Assembly: GCA_022605425.2 (NCBI GenBank)
Contig: CM061248.1
Location: 248,001-312,000, forward strand
Direction: 5' to 3'
Length of the DNA stretch: 64,000 bases
Source of the DNA: Hamiltosporidium tvaerminnensis FI-OER-3-3
Lineage: Eukaryota; Fungi; Microsporidia
Below are positions 27,468-39,144 of this stretch, piece by piece. The notes below the pieces were generated by a model. The model did no database searches, was not told the origin of the DNA, and saw only the letters and a list, made by a program, of their open reading frames with translations. A program made the translations under genes and the position numbers. Position 1 is the stretch's first letter, and each line of letters begins with the position of its first letter.

Positions 27468-28576
27468 TTATTTTATACTTATGATTATTGTACCCAAATC
27501 TGAAAACAAAATAGAGAATCAATAAAGTGCATTCAAATTATTTTACATATAATAACTTAACACTATAATAAATTATCAAATTGAGTATAAAAAAATTTTA
27601 TATAAATATAAGTAATGTAGGATATAATTAATTCTTTTACAATTTTAAATGATTCTATACAATTGAAATATCTAAGTTCTATCGGAAAATTTGTATAAGT
27701 TACAGACAAAAAACAAAACATATAATTTCTAACGGCACCAAATACAATGATATATTTACAATATGATTCGATAAATTAAAAAGGCTTTTTATATAGAGAT
27801 TTAGACGGAATAATTAAAACAAAATATTTTTATTAAAAAATTACATTGCTGAAATATAAAGCATCTATAAATAGAGTTTCAATTATAGAAAAAATATTTT
27901 TGTTTACAATTGTTATGTGAATATGAAAATTAAAAAAATGGTTTTGATTTAAAACAACATTTCATTTGTTTGTAAGAAAAATAATTTTTTAGTCTTTTAA
28001 AAACATCATAGAACAAATAATTATCTTAATTTTTCTTTAATTAGCACCATAATGGTAAATATGATATATGAAAGGTTTATTTTTTTTAAAGAATCTAGAA
28101 CGATGAATCAATCAACCAATAATGTTTCCATTGCTTTAAAATATATATGTATTTTAATAGAAATCTTAAAGATTAGAAACTATTGATTAAAATGAACAGT
28201 ATAACTGTTTTTTTGAAATATCAGAGCTTAATTTCGAGTTGTGATACCCTTCATCATTTAAATTAAATGTGGTGTGATGTTTAGAATTCGAGCTAAAAAT
28301 TAATCAATGTCAAAATCTTCCTAAACAGTTTATCCTGATTATACATATAGCATTTATGATTTGATTCTTTCTAAGAAAGATTTGACAAATATAGAGCCAA
28401 TCTATAACTTCTTTTATATTAAATCGTATTGATTGTCTAAATTATGTTCTAATAATATTTAAAATCTATTAGAATAGTTCATAAATATTTATTATTTCGG
28501 CGAACTAGAAATCGAATATGGTTATAAATAGCAAATTAATTTCAATGTATAAATATTAGAACTCTTTCTAAAATTC

Positions 28577-30930
28577 ATGAAAAATATACAGTGTCTTTCT
28601 TTCTTAAATTCATTATACTATTACTTAAGTTTTTTTGCTTTGATTTATACGGGGTTTTCATGTGAAAGGAAAGTGGTATTCAATATTGTAAATACAAATG
28701 TTGAACAAACTTGTGATTTTAAGATCCTTAGTTCGAAACGCAAGTGTATGTGTCAATTCAATAGAGATTTATTTATTGCTACAACAAATAAATATTATTT
28801 TCGTAAATTATTTGCCAGAAACGAAAATATGAAATACGATAGATACATTATAGAAGTCATCGATAATTTCGGTCTAAAATTTGATATATTTGATACTTTT
28901 GAAAAATTTAATGATAAAAATTCAACTATTACAATATTTATATGTGATCATATAAAGAAAGCTGAATTCATAACTTTTTACGAGTTTCTGACTTCTTATT
29001 ATTTGCCAGATTTTAGTGTAACAACAGAAAATTTTTACAGATTCTTGTATTTTTTAGAATATTTAAGAGTAAAACATGATGAAAATCTAAGAAAATTTCT
29101 AGGAATGATTTGGTTTTCAATAGTAAAATCTAAAGATTTAGAAAATTTAGATATCAAAAAAGTTTCTTTTCATTTTCGAAAGCAAGAAATATTTTCACAT
29201 GAGTTTCACGAAATATTATCCGAAGAATATTTCGGAAGAATTATACCACAAATTAAGAAAAATTATATAGTTTGTCCCAATGAAAAATTGTTTAAATATC
29301 CAAAAGTGTTTGATTTGTTGTATAATAATGTTAAAAGACATATTATGCATTTCGAATTCGAATTTCTTTCCTTAATTCATAATAGGATAGCTATCAATGA
29401 GAGAAGCAAAAATTTATTTATTTTGTTTATGAATACATTAGATCTGAAGTATTTATATAACATGATTATAGGATGGGAAAATTCCAAAGGTTTTTGTTTT
29501 ATTTTAGATAATCTAAAAAAGAAAATTGACGAAATTGTATTTTATATAGCGATATATTTGATGACGTGGTTCTATCTCTAAATAAAAATCAAAATTTTAT
29601 ATTTTTAAAAAAGATTATTTTTTTAGATTGTCGTATAAAAACAGATTTTAAATTTTCAGAGCGTTTGAGCAAAGCAGTGAAATTTATATTCTGCGATAAT
29701 AGATTTTTATTTAAACAATATCATCAAATCAACGATATTACGATTATTGATAAAATTAAAACAGTTACAAGCATTATAATGAATGTAAAACAAGAAGGAC
29801 AGAACTTTTGTAATTGAAAATGTAGGAAAATAATTCCATATTTTGAGAAACAATTCAGAGAAACTATTAATTTATATTATAATCTATTCATTGTTAATTT
29901 TATTGGTAAAACGGTTGAGGTTTTTATAAATCTAGATTTAAAATATAAACTATGGGAAATTGAGTGTTTGATAGGATATAATATTGATTTTGATAATTGT
30001 TCAATTACTTTCAAAGAATTAGATTTGAAACTGTTTACAACTAAGAATATTACGAAGGAAAATAAAATTGGTAAAATTGTCATCAGAAAGTCAAGAGTTT
30101 ATTCTGATTTTTTGAAAGACATTTTTGCCATCAATGAACTTATAATCTTCAATTTTATCGACTCTAATATAATTTTTGACAAAAAAACTGAATTAGAAAA
30201 CGAATCTATAGAATATTTTTCTTTCGAAGCCAAAAAAAATCAAAATTATGAATACTTTTATGAATTACTAAATAAGATGAGATTCTTGAAAGAAAAAAAG
30301 TTGGTTTTCACCAATAAAGACAAGTTTTCCTCATTTGTACCAAAGAATTTGGTTAGTACGAAATTATATCTTTATAAAATTTCTTTATAAAAATCTTTAT
30401 TCACAAAGCTGAAATAAAATTGCTTTCTGGCTTTGATCCAGGTAAAGAATTCAAATTAATAGCAAAGTCCGAACCAGGTTCCTTGAAATTGTTATTTTCC
30501 AAAAACAAGTATCGAAAGGTAGGAAATATGGATTTTTCTTTGCTATCTATTGATGAAAGAGACAGTAAGGTATTAGTAAGTTTTCATATTTAAAGAAATT
30601 ACATTTTGCCCGAAAAAATGTAAAAAAATGTCATTATCAGGATTGTTTTGTAATTCTAAAGAATATATTATTCAAACATTAGAATTTTGGGAGGTATGTA
30701 TTCAAAGATCTGATTTAGAATTCATATTGAAAATGAAACAACTTACATTTTTTAACGTTTTATTTTTGTAATATTCCAGATAAAATTTCTTATACACAAA
30801 ATTTTCGGTTATAAACAAACTATTTATTCGAATTTCGGCTTCTAAAAAAATTTTGAACAGTAAACTTTTAAAAAATCTTAAAGAAGTATTTTCGTAAAAC
30901 AATTTAAAATTAAGTGATTGTTGATACATA
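28577..30930 (+). pseudogene. Frameshifted lineage-specific gene with signal-like N-terminus and LRR-like C-terminal periodicity
   Basis: Consecutive same-strand ORF pieces (28577-29581, 29566-29817, 29968-30390) with uniform F/I/L/K-rich composition and LKKIIFLDC / IEYFSF-type repeats; 3' limit approximate. Confidence 0.55.
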
Positions 30931-31599
30931 AGATTTTTAAATAAAACTGTTCGACTTTTAACACTAAAAATACGCTCTATGTATTAAAATGGAAATTCTT
31001 CATAATTCTTTTGTAATAGCAAAGTATATGATTAAATTGAAGCATTTTTAGTTTAAATCAGTATCTTTGTTGTAAAAAGATATAAATTTGTCAAAATAAT
31101 TAGAAAAGTAGTAGAACAAAAGTATTCATTTAATCTTTTTTAATAATACTATATTGGCTAGTAAAATGATTTTGATTCGCCCAAGCAATATGAAATAAAA
31201 CAAAAAAGTCGGTTTATTCTCCTTTTTAAACAACAAATAATATATTATATTGATTAAAAAAACATATAAAGGTTGGTTTTCTATTTATTTAAATCACATT
31301 TACTGTTTTCATGGATTTTTTGTAGGAAATAATCTAAATCCCGAAAAATTATAGCTTATCAAACTATTAAATAAAAATATGTTTTAAAAAAAAGATTAAA
31401 CATATTTAATTTTGCAATCTTTAAATTTAAAAGAAGAGATAAATCTTCCTTTAAAATTTTTTTCGTTTCTATCAAATCTCCGGTCCAATAAATGTCTACC
31501 TAGCTAAAAAAATATTTGATGTACAGGAAATGTTTTTTCTTTACTTCTTATACTTTGTTTAAGATTTCAATTAAGGATTTATTCTTACAAATTTTAATC

Positions 31600-34500
31600 A
31601 AAATATTTATTTAATAAAATTCTGAGTTAACAAATTTTCTCTCGTTTAACTAATTTCTTCCATCACTTTAACCACTTTATTCTCTTTTTCTACATCCGAC
31701 TTATCATTAATGTCTATCGTCGGTTCCTCTGGTCTGGTTACGTCATCTAAAATAAGGGGTAAAATATTTTTTGAATTTACTTGTTTAACACTATCTTCCT
31801 CGTTCTTCACTTCTTTTAAGGGGGGTGTTGGCTGTTTATGCATCTCAGCTCCTATAATAACACTTAATGACGCTCTCTCCCAGCTCTCTTCGGCACTTGG
31901 TCCTGACTCAATTCCTCTTCGTCGATCGAAGGAAATCATTTCGACTGTTTTCTTAAGTACTATGGACTGAATGTATGCCTCTACATTTATGGGTATTTGT
32001 AATCTTTTAAGATAAGTCTTATGGTATTTTGTCACAATACCGTCCCATGTTATCACATAAGGAATTATCTCTACACTACATTTGTAAATAAGACCCAGCT
32101 CATTTGCTAATAGGTCATACTTCCTAAGTTTCTCTGTTTCAACTATTTGAAGTGAGTCTTGGGAGGTGATTCCTACTTCAATGAGGGTAATCTTATTTCG
32201 TCTCTTGTCTAAAACGAATATATCTGGCCTATTATTTCGAATTTTGACATCAGTTTTTATTCTGGTGTCCACTCTTATCTCTGCATACTCATTATCAAGA
32301 ATTTCTTGAACTGAGTGGCTTCTGATTCGTTTTGAAGACTTGAATTTATATTTATTTAACAAGAGCAAATGTATACATCGTACCACTTCATTGTGTCGTC
32401 TAGTATAGTCATGACCAAGCATTTTTTCACATCTCGTTGCTAAATGGTCTACTGTTTTTCTAGACGTGTTGCAGTGTTGACACACACCTTCTGCTCCCCA
32501 AAATACGTTTCTATCCTGGATATAGCAGAACACTGCTTCATCACGCGGTCTTACACTTCCTTTCTTTAACCATCTTGAGGAGTCATTTACGCTTACTAGC
32601 TCGTTGTTTCTAGCATTATATAACTTTGAATGTAGTTTTCGTTTTTCTATTTCGTTATATAAGTTAGCTAGTTGAGCTTCATCTAATTTATTTTTAGTGA
32701 CCTCCTCTGCCGTCCCGTATTTTACTTGTAAAAAGTCTTTTATTAGTGCAAGATGGGTTTTATTATCATTCTCCACCTTAAGGATTGCTGCTCTTCTGGT
32801 CGATGTTTCTTTAGATTTTTCCAGACAATCCAAGAGTTGCAAAAGCATATGTTCGCTTTTGAACTCAACACTATGAAGACCTCTCCCAAGTTCTGTTCTG
32901 GGAAGGTACAGACGCTCTTTACATCCTGGGCGAAGGTGTATCTTGTTCTTTATTAAAACTGCACGTACTGCGTCATCCAACTTTGAGAAGTCGCCAGGTT
33001 CAAGTCGAAGTACACCTATATGATAGTTTATTAGAGATATCGCATGTTGATTGATAGCTTGAAATAAATTTCTTGCATTCAATCTCGTGCGGCAAAGTCT
33101 CTCTACCCTCGCTATCAGTTTGGTTTGTACTTCCTCAAACGACTTACGTGTTGGAATTCCTCTGCTATCTTCTATTATTCCGAGGTATTTGTAAACACCT
33201 ATTCCTTCAAGAAGAGTAGCAGTATTCTCACAACACGAATCATTTGTGGCCGACTTCTCTCTGTTTATTTCTAATCCTATATTTTTCATAAACATTTTTA
33301 CTTCCTCCGTCATCTTTTCAAGCGTTGTTCCATCTTTGGCAAGGAGCTTAAGATCATCAATGAACAAGAGATGATTGGTAGAGTGGGATGCATCCTCCGT
33401 TTGTATTGTCACCTTTGCGTATTCTTCATTGAGTTTACGGCTCAATGGATCCATACACAGCACAAACAATAAGGGTGACAAACTATCTCCCTGTAGAATC
33501 CCCTTATCAATCTTCTTGTTCATAATTTTTTCAGACCCTACCGAAATATCAATTTTCCATTTTGATATTGTTACCTTAATAAATTTCAGGATCCAATCAG
33601 GTAAATTAAGGTTTTCGATGACTTGTGTCAAATAAGCATGATCTATTGAATCATACGCTTTTTTGACATCAATCCACGTTGCCTTAAGATTGTTTCCATA
33701 CTCTTTATTAATAGCAACATTTAGCAGGGCCTGCTCCTTCGCTCCTTGCGCACCTCTCACTGCACCCAATTGATTATCTGCTAGTAACCCTCGCCTCTCT
33801 ACCTCAAGCTGAACAACTTTTGTAACACACTTTGTCGTCAGCTTGTAAAGGTTTGACATACAAGTTATTGGCCTATAGTCGGAGCCTTTTTGTGGTACGC
33901 TTTTTGGAATGAGATACGTTAGCCCATGATAAAACCAATTAGCCTGTGGTGTTCCTTCAAAACATATGGCTTTCACAATATCATAAAGATACTTGTGAAG
34001 AGTCGTAAGTTTCTTGATATAAAAATTGTAGATCCCATCAATTCCGGCAGCTTTCCAGTTAGGAAGCCAATTGATAATAAATACAAATTCATCAAGTGAA
34101 GGAAACGTGGCCTGGTGAGTATCCGGCACGAAAGGTATCAGATACTCATCATACGTAACTATTTCATTATTTTTGTTCCACATTGTGGACCAAAAACTTA
34201 CAATTTCGTCACGATTAACCACATGCTCGGATTCCACACGCTCAGACAGGCCACGATAATATCTACCTCGGAACAACTCAAACATACGATTCTCTTTTCG
34301 GAATTGCTTCCTACTTTCGTACATCGTAACTTTTTTTTCGTAAACAGTTATCAGCTCATTCTTCTTAACTACAGCCTCCGATAGATCATTTGTTTTGTTT
34401 AGGTCTAAATTAAACTCTCGCATAATTTTTTTAAGACTTTTAGTTTGAGAAGAGGAGAGTTCTTCCCGTCTACGTGCTTTCTCGAGGATATCTTTTGAAA

Positions 34501-35410
34501 GTTTTAACACTGAAATTTTACTCTCAATGCTTTCTTTCCACGCTGATCTTGGCCTCTCTTTACGTGTTTCATCGTCATAACATACCTGTGCTGTCTGGAT
34601 AATTCGGGCAACGTCTGTTATCGTCATAGGTACATGAGAGTCAGCATATTCACCGACTATTCGATTAATAAGATCAAGAACTGTAGTGTCAACCAATTCA
34701 TTTGGAAGCTTTCGAGTTCGGACTACTACTTTTCCGATTTCCTCCTCAGATATTTTTTTGATATTACTCAAGTATTTTTCTCTCAGGCTTATAAATCGAG
34801 TAGCATCGGTCAAGGAACATGGCTCGGCGAGACAAGTGGCGATTCGACGTCGCTCTCCATTCTCTTCCTGCCTAATTTCCTCTTCCGTCTTATTGTGTGC
34901 CATTCTTTTTAGCACATCGATAGTTTCGGTACAGGAGAACTTCTCATTATAGTAGCTCTGTATCTCTTTCCATCCATTTCTAGGCATTCGGTCAAACCTT
35001 GTTTGTACTGCAAAAAGAACACATCGAATAAATTCTTGACGCTCGGCCTCTATAGATCTGAGTATGGATCGGAGTACAACGAGCCTTTCGGAAATAGGTA
35101 TGGTACAAAGGTTTGGCCAACTAGCAGCTATATCTGGCCTAGGGTTCACGGTGCTTGAATGCATAGGGTTAGATGGCGAGGGTATGGTATTAAGCAAGCA
35201 TACCTTTGTGTTTGTGTTTGCTTCGCTTGGTGGTATAGAAATGTTATTTATGATGGTGGATGGTGTGTATGAGCTTGGCTGTGGAATTCCCTGGTCGTTT
35301 TTACACTCTCTAATTACCTCATCCACTTCACTTGCCCTGTTTGCAGCCTTTATTATTTTTTCTTCTTGTTTTTCGCTGCCTACATATTTTCTTATACCCA
35401 TTTTAATCAA
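31600..35410 (-). mobile_element. Apparently intact single-ORF non-LTR retrotransposon (RT + restriction-like endonuclease; R4/Dong-like)
   Basis: Long uninterrupted ORF; the short 3' UTR is shared with the fragment at 37826-38135; 5' boundary not resolved. Confidence 0.92.
31646..35401 (-). CDS. Reverse transcriptase / RLE endonuclease polyprotein
   Basis: KAAGIDGI, YRPITC, WIDVKKAYDSIDH, GILQGDSLSPLLF, LFIDD, YKYLG; CQHC..DHLATRC zinc knuckle, YTRRHN, RPDIFVLD..LIEVGI..EKLRKY (PD-(D/E)xK). First ATG at 35401. Confidence 0.95.
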   Translation of the reverse strand: MGIRKYVGSEKQEEKIIKAANRASEVDEVIRECKNDQGIPQPSSYTPSTIINNISIPPSEANTNTKVCLLNTIPSPSNPMHSSTVNPRPDIAASWPNLCTIPISERLVVLRSILRSIEAERQEFIRCVLFAVQTRFDRMPRNGWKEIQSYYNEKFSCTETIDVLKRMAHNKTEEEIRQEENGERRRIATCLAEPCSLTDATRFISLREKYLSNIKKISEEEIGKVVVRTRKLPNELVDTTVLDLINRIVGEYADSHVPMTITDVARIIQTAQVCYDDETRKERPRSAWKESIESKISVLKLSKDILEKARRREELSSSQTKSLKKIMREFNLDLNKTNDLSEAVVKKNELITVYEKKVTMYESRKQFRKENRMFELFRGRYYRGLSERVESEHVVNRDEIVSFWSTMWNKNNEIVTYDEYLIPFVPDTHQATFPSLDEFVFIINWLPNWKAAGIDGIYNFYIKKLTTLHKYLYDIVKAICFEGTPQANWFYHGLTYLIPKSVPQKGSDYRPITCMSNLYKLTTKCVTKVVQLEVERRGLLADNQLGAVRGAQGAKEQALLNVAINKEYGNNLKATWIDVKKAYDSIDHAYLTQVIENLNLPDWILKFIKVTISKWKIDISVGSEKIMNKKIDKGILQGDSLSPLLFVLCMDPLSRKLNEEYAKVTIQTEDASHSTNHLLFIDDLKLLAKDGTTLEKMTEEVKMFMKNIGLEINREKSATNDSCCENTATLLEGIGVYKYLGIIEDSRGIPTRKSFEEVQTKLIARVERLCRTRLNARNLFQAINQHAISLINYHIGVLRLEPGDFSKLDDAVRAVLIKNKIHLRPGCKERLYLPRTELGRGLHSVEFKSEHMLLQLLDCLEKSKETSTRRAAILKVENDNKTHLALIKDFLQVKYGTAEEVTKNKLDEAQLANLYNEIEKRKLHSKLYNARNNELVSVNDSSRWLKKGSVRPRDEAVFCYIQDRNVFWGAEGVCQHCNTSRKTVDHLATRCEKMLGHDYTRRHNEVVRCIHLLLLNKYKFKSSKRIRSHSVQEILDNEYAEIRVDTRIKTDVKIRNNRPDIFVLDKRRNKITLIEVGITSQDSLQIVETEKLRKYDLLANELGLIYKCSVEIIPYVITWDGIVTKYHKTYLKRLQIPINVEAYIQSIVLKKTVEMISFDRRRGIESGPSAEESWERASLSVIIGAEMHKQPTPPLKEVKNEEDSVKQVNSKNILPLILDDVTRPEEPTIDINDKSDVEKENKVVKVMEEIS

Positions 35411-36699
35411 AAAATATAGAAAGATCTATATTGTTAAAAATAACGAAATTTATTTAAAAACCACTAATTTAACTAAAGATGTTGAAATTCTCCTGCTATA
35501 ATAGCTAAATCCTAAAAAATATCAAATGACGTTTACTAAACTCCAAGATCGTTGTAAAATATTTACTCAGGGAGATTAAATTCTTATATCAAATGCATTC
35601 TGTTATTGCGTGTTTTAAATTTTAGATAAAACGCACAATAATAGCAGGACTCATAAAAAACGAATGATTTGTCATGGTAAAATGGACATAGAAATATGTC
35701 TTGATACGCATGCATATTGAGGACAAAAAATAAAATCTCTTTTTAAAAGTCTAATAATATTTCCTTGCAATGCTTTCCAGAAAATATACTTTCTACCGCC
35801 AAAACAGAATATTTGAGAAGGTAAAGAATGTTTAATATAAAATGAGACAGAACAAACGAAAAAATTGCTTTTGATAAGAAAATAAATATATTATGGTGCT
35901 ATTTATAGATTAATGTATATTTCTATATTTAGTAATTATAACTATACCCGTATATTTGACCTATTCACCAGTATTTAGAGGTACTGAATATAAAAATTCA
36001 AACTTCAAAATATATTTAAACACATAATAAATATAATAATCACAATCTACAATAAAGAAACACTTGTTCCACAGATTGCATAGAAAAATAATAAATAGTT
36101 TTATTAATATAACAATTTTTCTTGTTTTTAATATAAATTTAAAATATCATTAATCAGTATTTATATTTAATTTCCTAGTTATATCTTCTATTTGAATTAA
36201 AATAAAACCAGGAGTAATTCATATCTTTGTCTCATTTTTTGATAGAATTTCCATACAATTTTATTTAAAAAAATATCCCACTTAATGATAATCACTGACT
36301 ATACAAACACAAGAATAAAGCCAATATAAGATTACACTTGTTTTTTAAGAGATATTTCTGTCATCCTAACAACCAAATTATTTGTTCTTTTGTAAAATCA
36401 AAAACATTAATAAATTAAACCATTTAAAATGTAAAAACGAAATCAAATATAAAGACTTACTAAGAATAACACAAAAATAGCTATTATTTAATCTTAAGTA
36501 TTCTATGAATCTATTTTTATTTAATAATTTATTTTTTGAATAATTCCTTCTTAGTTATTAATATTTATAATTATTTTCAAAGTAATGAAAAAAAATATTA
36601 ATAAATTTATTTTAGGTATTTATAGAAATAGAAATCCGTTTTTTTTCTTTTTGAGTAACTTTATATGGTAAAATAAATAATCTTAAGCCTAATAATAAG

Positions 36700-36920
36700 A
36701 TTTATTTATAGTTTTATTTTAAAAATATTTTATTACTAAAATAACACCTGTCTTATACCTAAGCTTGGGATTTATTAACCTTTTTATTTTAAAAATATTT
36801 TATTACTAAAATAACACCTGTCTTATACCTAAGCTTGGGATTTATTAACCTTTTTATTTTAAAAATATTTTATTACTAAAATAACACCTGTCTTATACCT
36901 AAGCTTGGGATTTATTTATA
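36700..36920. repeat. 61-bp tandem repeat x3 upstream of eIF4E
   Basis: ttattactaaaataacacctgtcttatacctaagcttgggattt repeated three times. Confidence 0.92.
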
Positions 36921-37002
36921 GTTTTGCTTTAAAGACCCTTTCACCTCTAAAATATCACCCTTCCTACCTCCATATAAAATACAATACTAACCCCTTTACT
37001 CA

Positions 37003-37554
37003 ATGAATATTTTATTCACAACATTTGAAATAACAACTGTAAACAAAAGTGGATTTACAAAACCTTTAAACGATGATTTTAGAAGTACAATACGTCATAT
37101 CTGTACATTAAAGACAATAGAAAACCTTGGATACTTTTTAAGATATTTAAAACCAATAGAAAGTTGTGAGTCTGTTTGTGACATAAATGTATTTAAACAA
37201 GGGATACAGCCATTATGGGAAGATGAAAACAATTTAGGTGGGGGTAAATGGATAATAAAACTTAGAAAAGAAGTAGGTCACAGATTATTGGAAAGACTTA
37301 TTATACATCTTATTAAAGGTCCTTTTTCTACTACTGATGTCAACGGTGTTGTAGCTAGTATAAGACCTAAATTTTTTATTTTATCTATTTGGACACGAAC
37401 GTGTCCCAAGACAAATGAAGTTAAAAATATTATTAAAGAAATACGAAATTTACTTAAAGTAGGAAATGAAGTAGAAGTGTGTTTTAAGGATAATGATGAG
37501 TCATTGAGAGATAATTCATCTTTTAAAAATACAACGAGGTACACTGAAAATTAA
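37003..37554 (+). CDS. Translation initiation factor eIF4E family protein (class II/4EHP-like)
   Basis: FKQGIQPLWED..N..GGKWIIKLRK, GVVASIR, ILSIWT; CCCC at 36991-36994 before the ATG. Confidence 0.92.
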   Translation: MNILFTTFEITTVNKSGFTKPLNDDFRSTIRHICTLKTIENLGYFLRYLKPIESCESVCDINVFKQGIQPLWEDENNLGGGKWIIKLRKEVGHRLLERLIIHLIKGPFSTTDVNGVVASIRPKFFILSIWTRTCPKTNEVKNIIKEIRNLLKVGNEVEVCFKDNDESLRDNSSFKNTTRYTEN

Positions 37555-37825
37555 AGTATTTTTTTTTAATTTTTTATTTTGTGAATAAATTGTATTTCTT
37601 AAGAGTATCAGGTTGTCTTTTATTATTTATTAATCATTTTTTTATTTATTTTAATTTCTTAAGAGTTTCAGGTTGTATTTTATTATTTAGTATTTTATTC
37701 TTTATTTTTTAGTTATATTTAGGTTTTTTTAGTTATATTTAGATTTTTTTTCAAGTTTTATATTCTTTTTTCCAGTTTTTTATTCTTTTTTCAAGTTTTT
37801 TATTCTTTATTATTTATTATTTATT

Positions 37826-38135
37826 CAGGACTAAATGTCGAAGAGAGCTGGGAGAGAGCGTCAATGGGTGTTATTATGAGATCAGAGATGCATGAGGAAC
37901 CAATACCCCCTTTAAAAGAAGAGAAGAGAGAGGAAGATGGTGCAAAAAATTTTAAACCAAAATATAAAGCCCCCTTTATTTTACAAGGAGAATCCACGTT
38001 AGAGGAACCGACCAATAACATAAATGAAGAGTCGGATTAGGAAGAAGAGACAAAAGTGGTTAAAGAGGTAGAAGAAAACATATAAAAAATGGTAAAAATA
38101 TTTTAACCCAGAATTTTATTTAATAAAAATTTTAA
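37826..38135 (+). mobile_element. Short 5'-truncated copy (3' end) of the RLE non-LTR element
   Basis: Translates as EESWERASMGVIMRSEMHEEPIPPLKE vs EESWERASLSVIIGAEMHKQPTPPLKE; 3' UTR ttaacccagaattttatttaataaa matches the intact copy. Confidence 0.9.
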
Positions 38136-38629
38136 TTTAGGTTTGATATAAGTTATATTATGAAAAAAATATTATTAATCTTAAAATACCTTAAATATTT
38201 TGTAATTTTTTAACTAAAAATAAAAATATTGACATGTTTGGGTAGATAGAGTACAAAAAAAGATGGTTTAAACTATTATTTGTAACTTATTGAGAAGATA
38301 GAGATTAAGACTAAATTCTAATTATTTATAGCTAGAGAATATCTATTATGTAATAAAAAGTACTAAAATAAATGAAATGCATATTATCTGTTACGAAGAG
38401 ACTAAAAAGAGAAATATAGTGTTGTTTTGGTAAATATAAAGATTCTGTATTTCCAATGACAAGTAAAGAGTCAAAGAATTATGTATGAATTTAATGTATA
38501 GAAATGCAGTCAAATATAAAAAACAGGTAATATAAACTAAGGGAGTTAACATATATTAAGTAACAACAACAAAGCAAAGAAAAGAAAAATAAATTTGAAA
38601 TAAAAATATTTGTACTTTAATTCGTATAG

Positions 38630-39130
38630 AATTTTAACCTTTTAACAATACGAAATATAAATCTTGGTATTAACATCCTTTAATTGGTCTTTATATTTAC
38701 ATTATATTTTAACACCCTTTAATAATAAGAAATATAAGTCATAAATTAACACCCTTTAACTATACGAAATATAAGTCATAAATCAACACCCTTTAACAAT
38801 AAGAAATTTATAACATAAATTAACACACTTTAACTATACGAAATATAAGTCATAAATCAACACCCTTTAACAATAAGAAATTTATAACATAAATTAACAC
38901 CCTTTAACAATACGAAATATAAGTCATACATTAACACCCTTTAACAATACGAAATAACATATATATTAACACCCTTTAATAATAAGAAATATAACATATA
39001 TATTAACACCCTTTAACAATAAGAAATATAACTTATAAAACAACACCCTTTAATACTAGAAAATATAACCTATATATTAACACCCTTTAATGATAATAAA
39101 TTTATAACATAAATTAACACCCTTTAATTA
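38630..39130 (-). repeat. ~34-bp minisatellite (TTAACACCCC core on +) downstream of the MYST gene
   Basis: More than ten units like ttaacacccctttaacaatacgaaatataa. Confidence 0.9.
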
Positions 39131-39144
39131 GTCTTTATTTTTAT

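Noticed and set aside
31710-35501. Several plus-strand ORFs of 67-145 aa
   Set aside because: Antisense shadows of the retrotransposon ORF.
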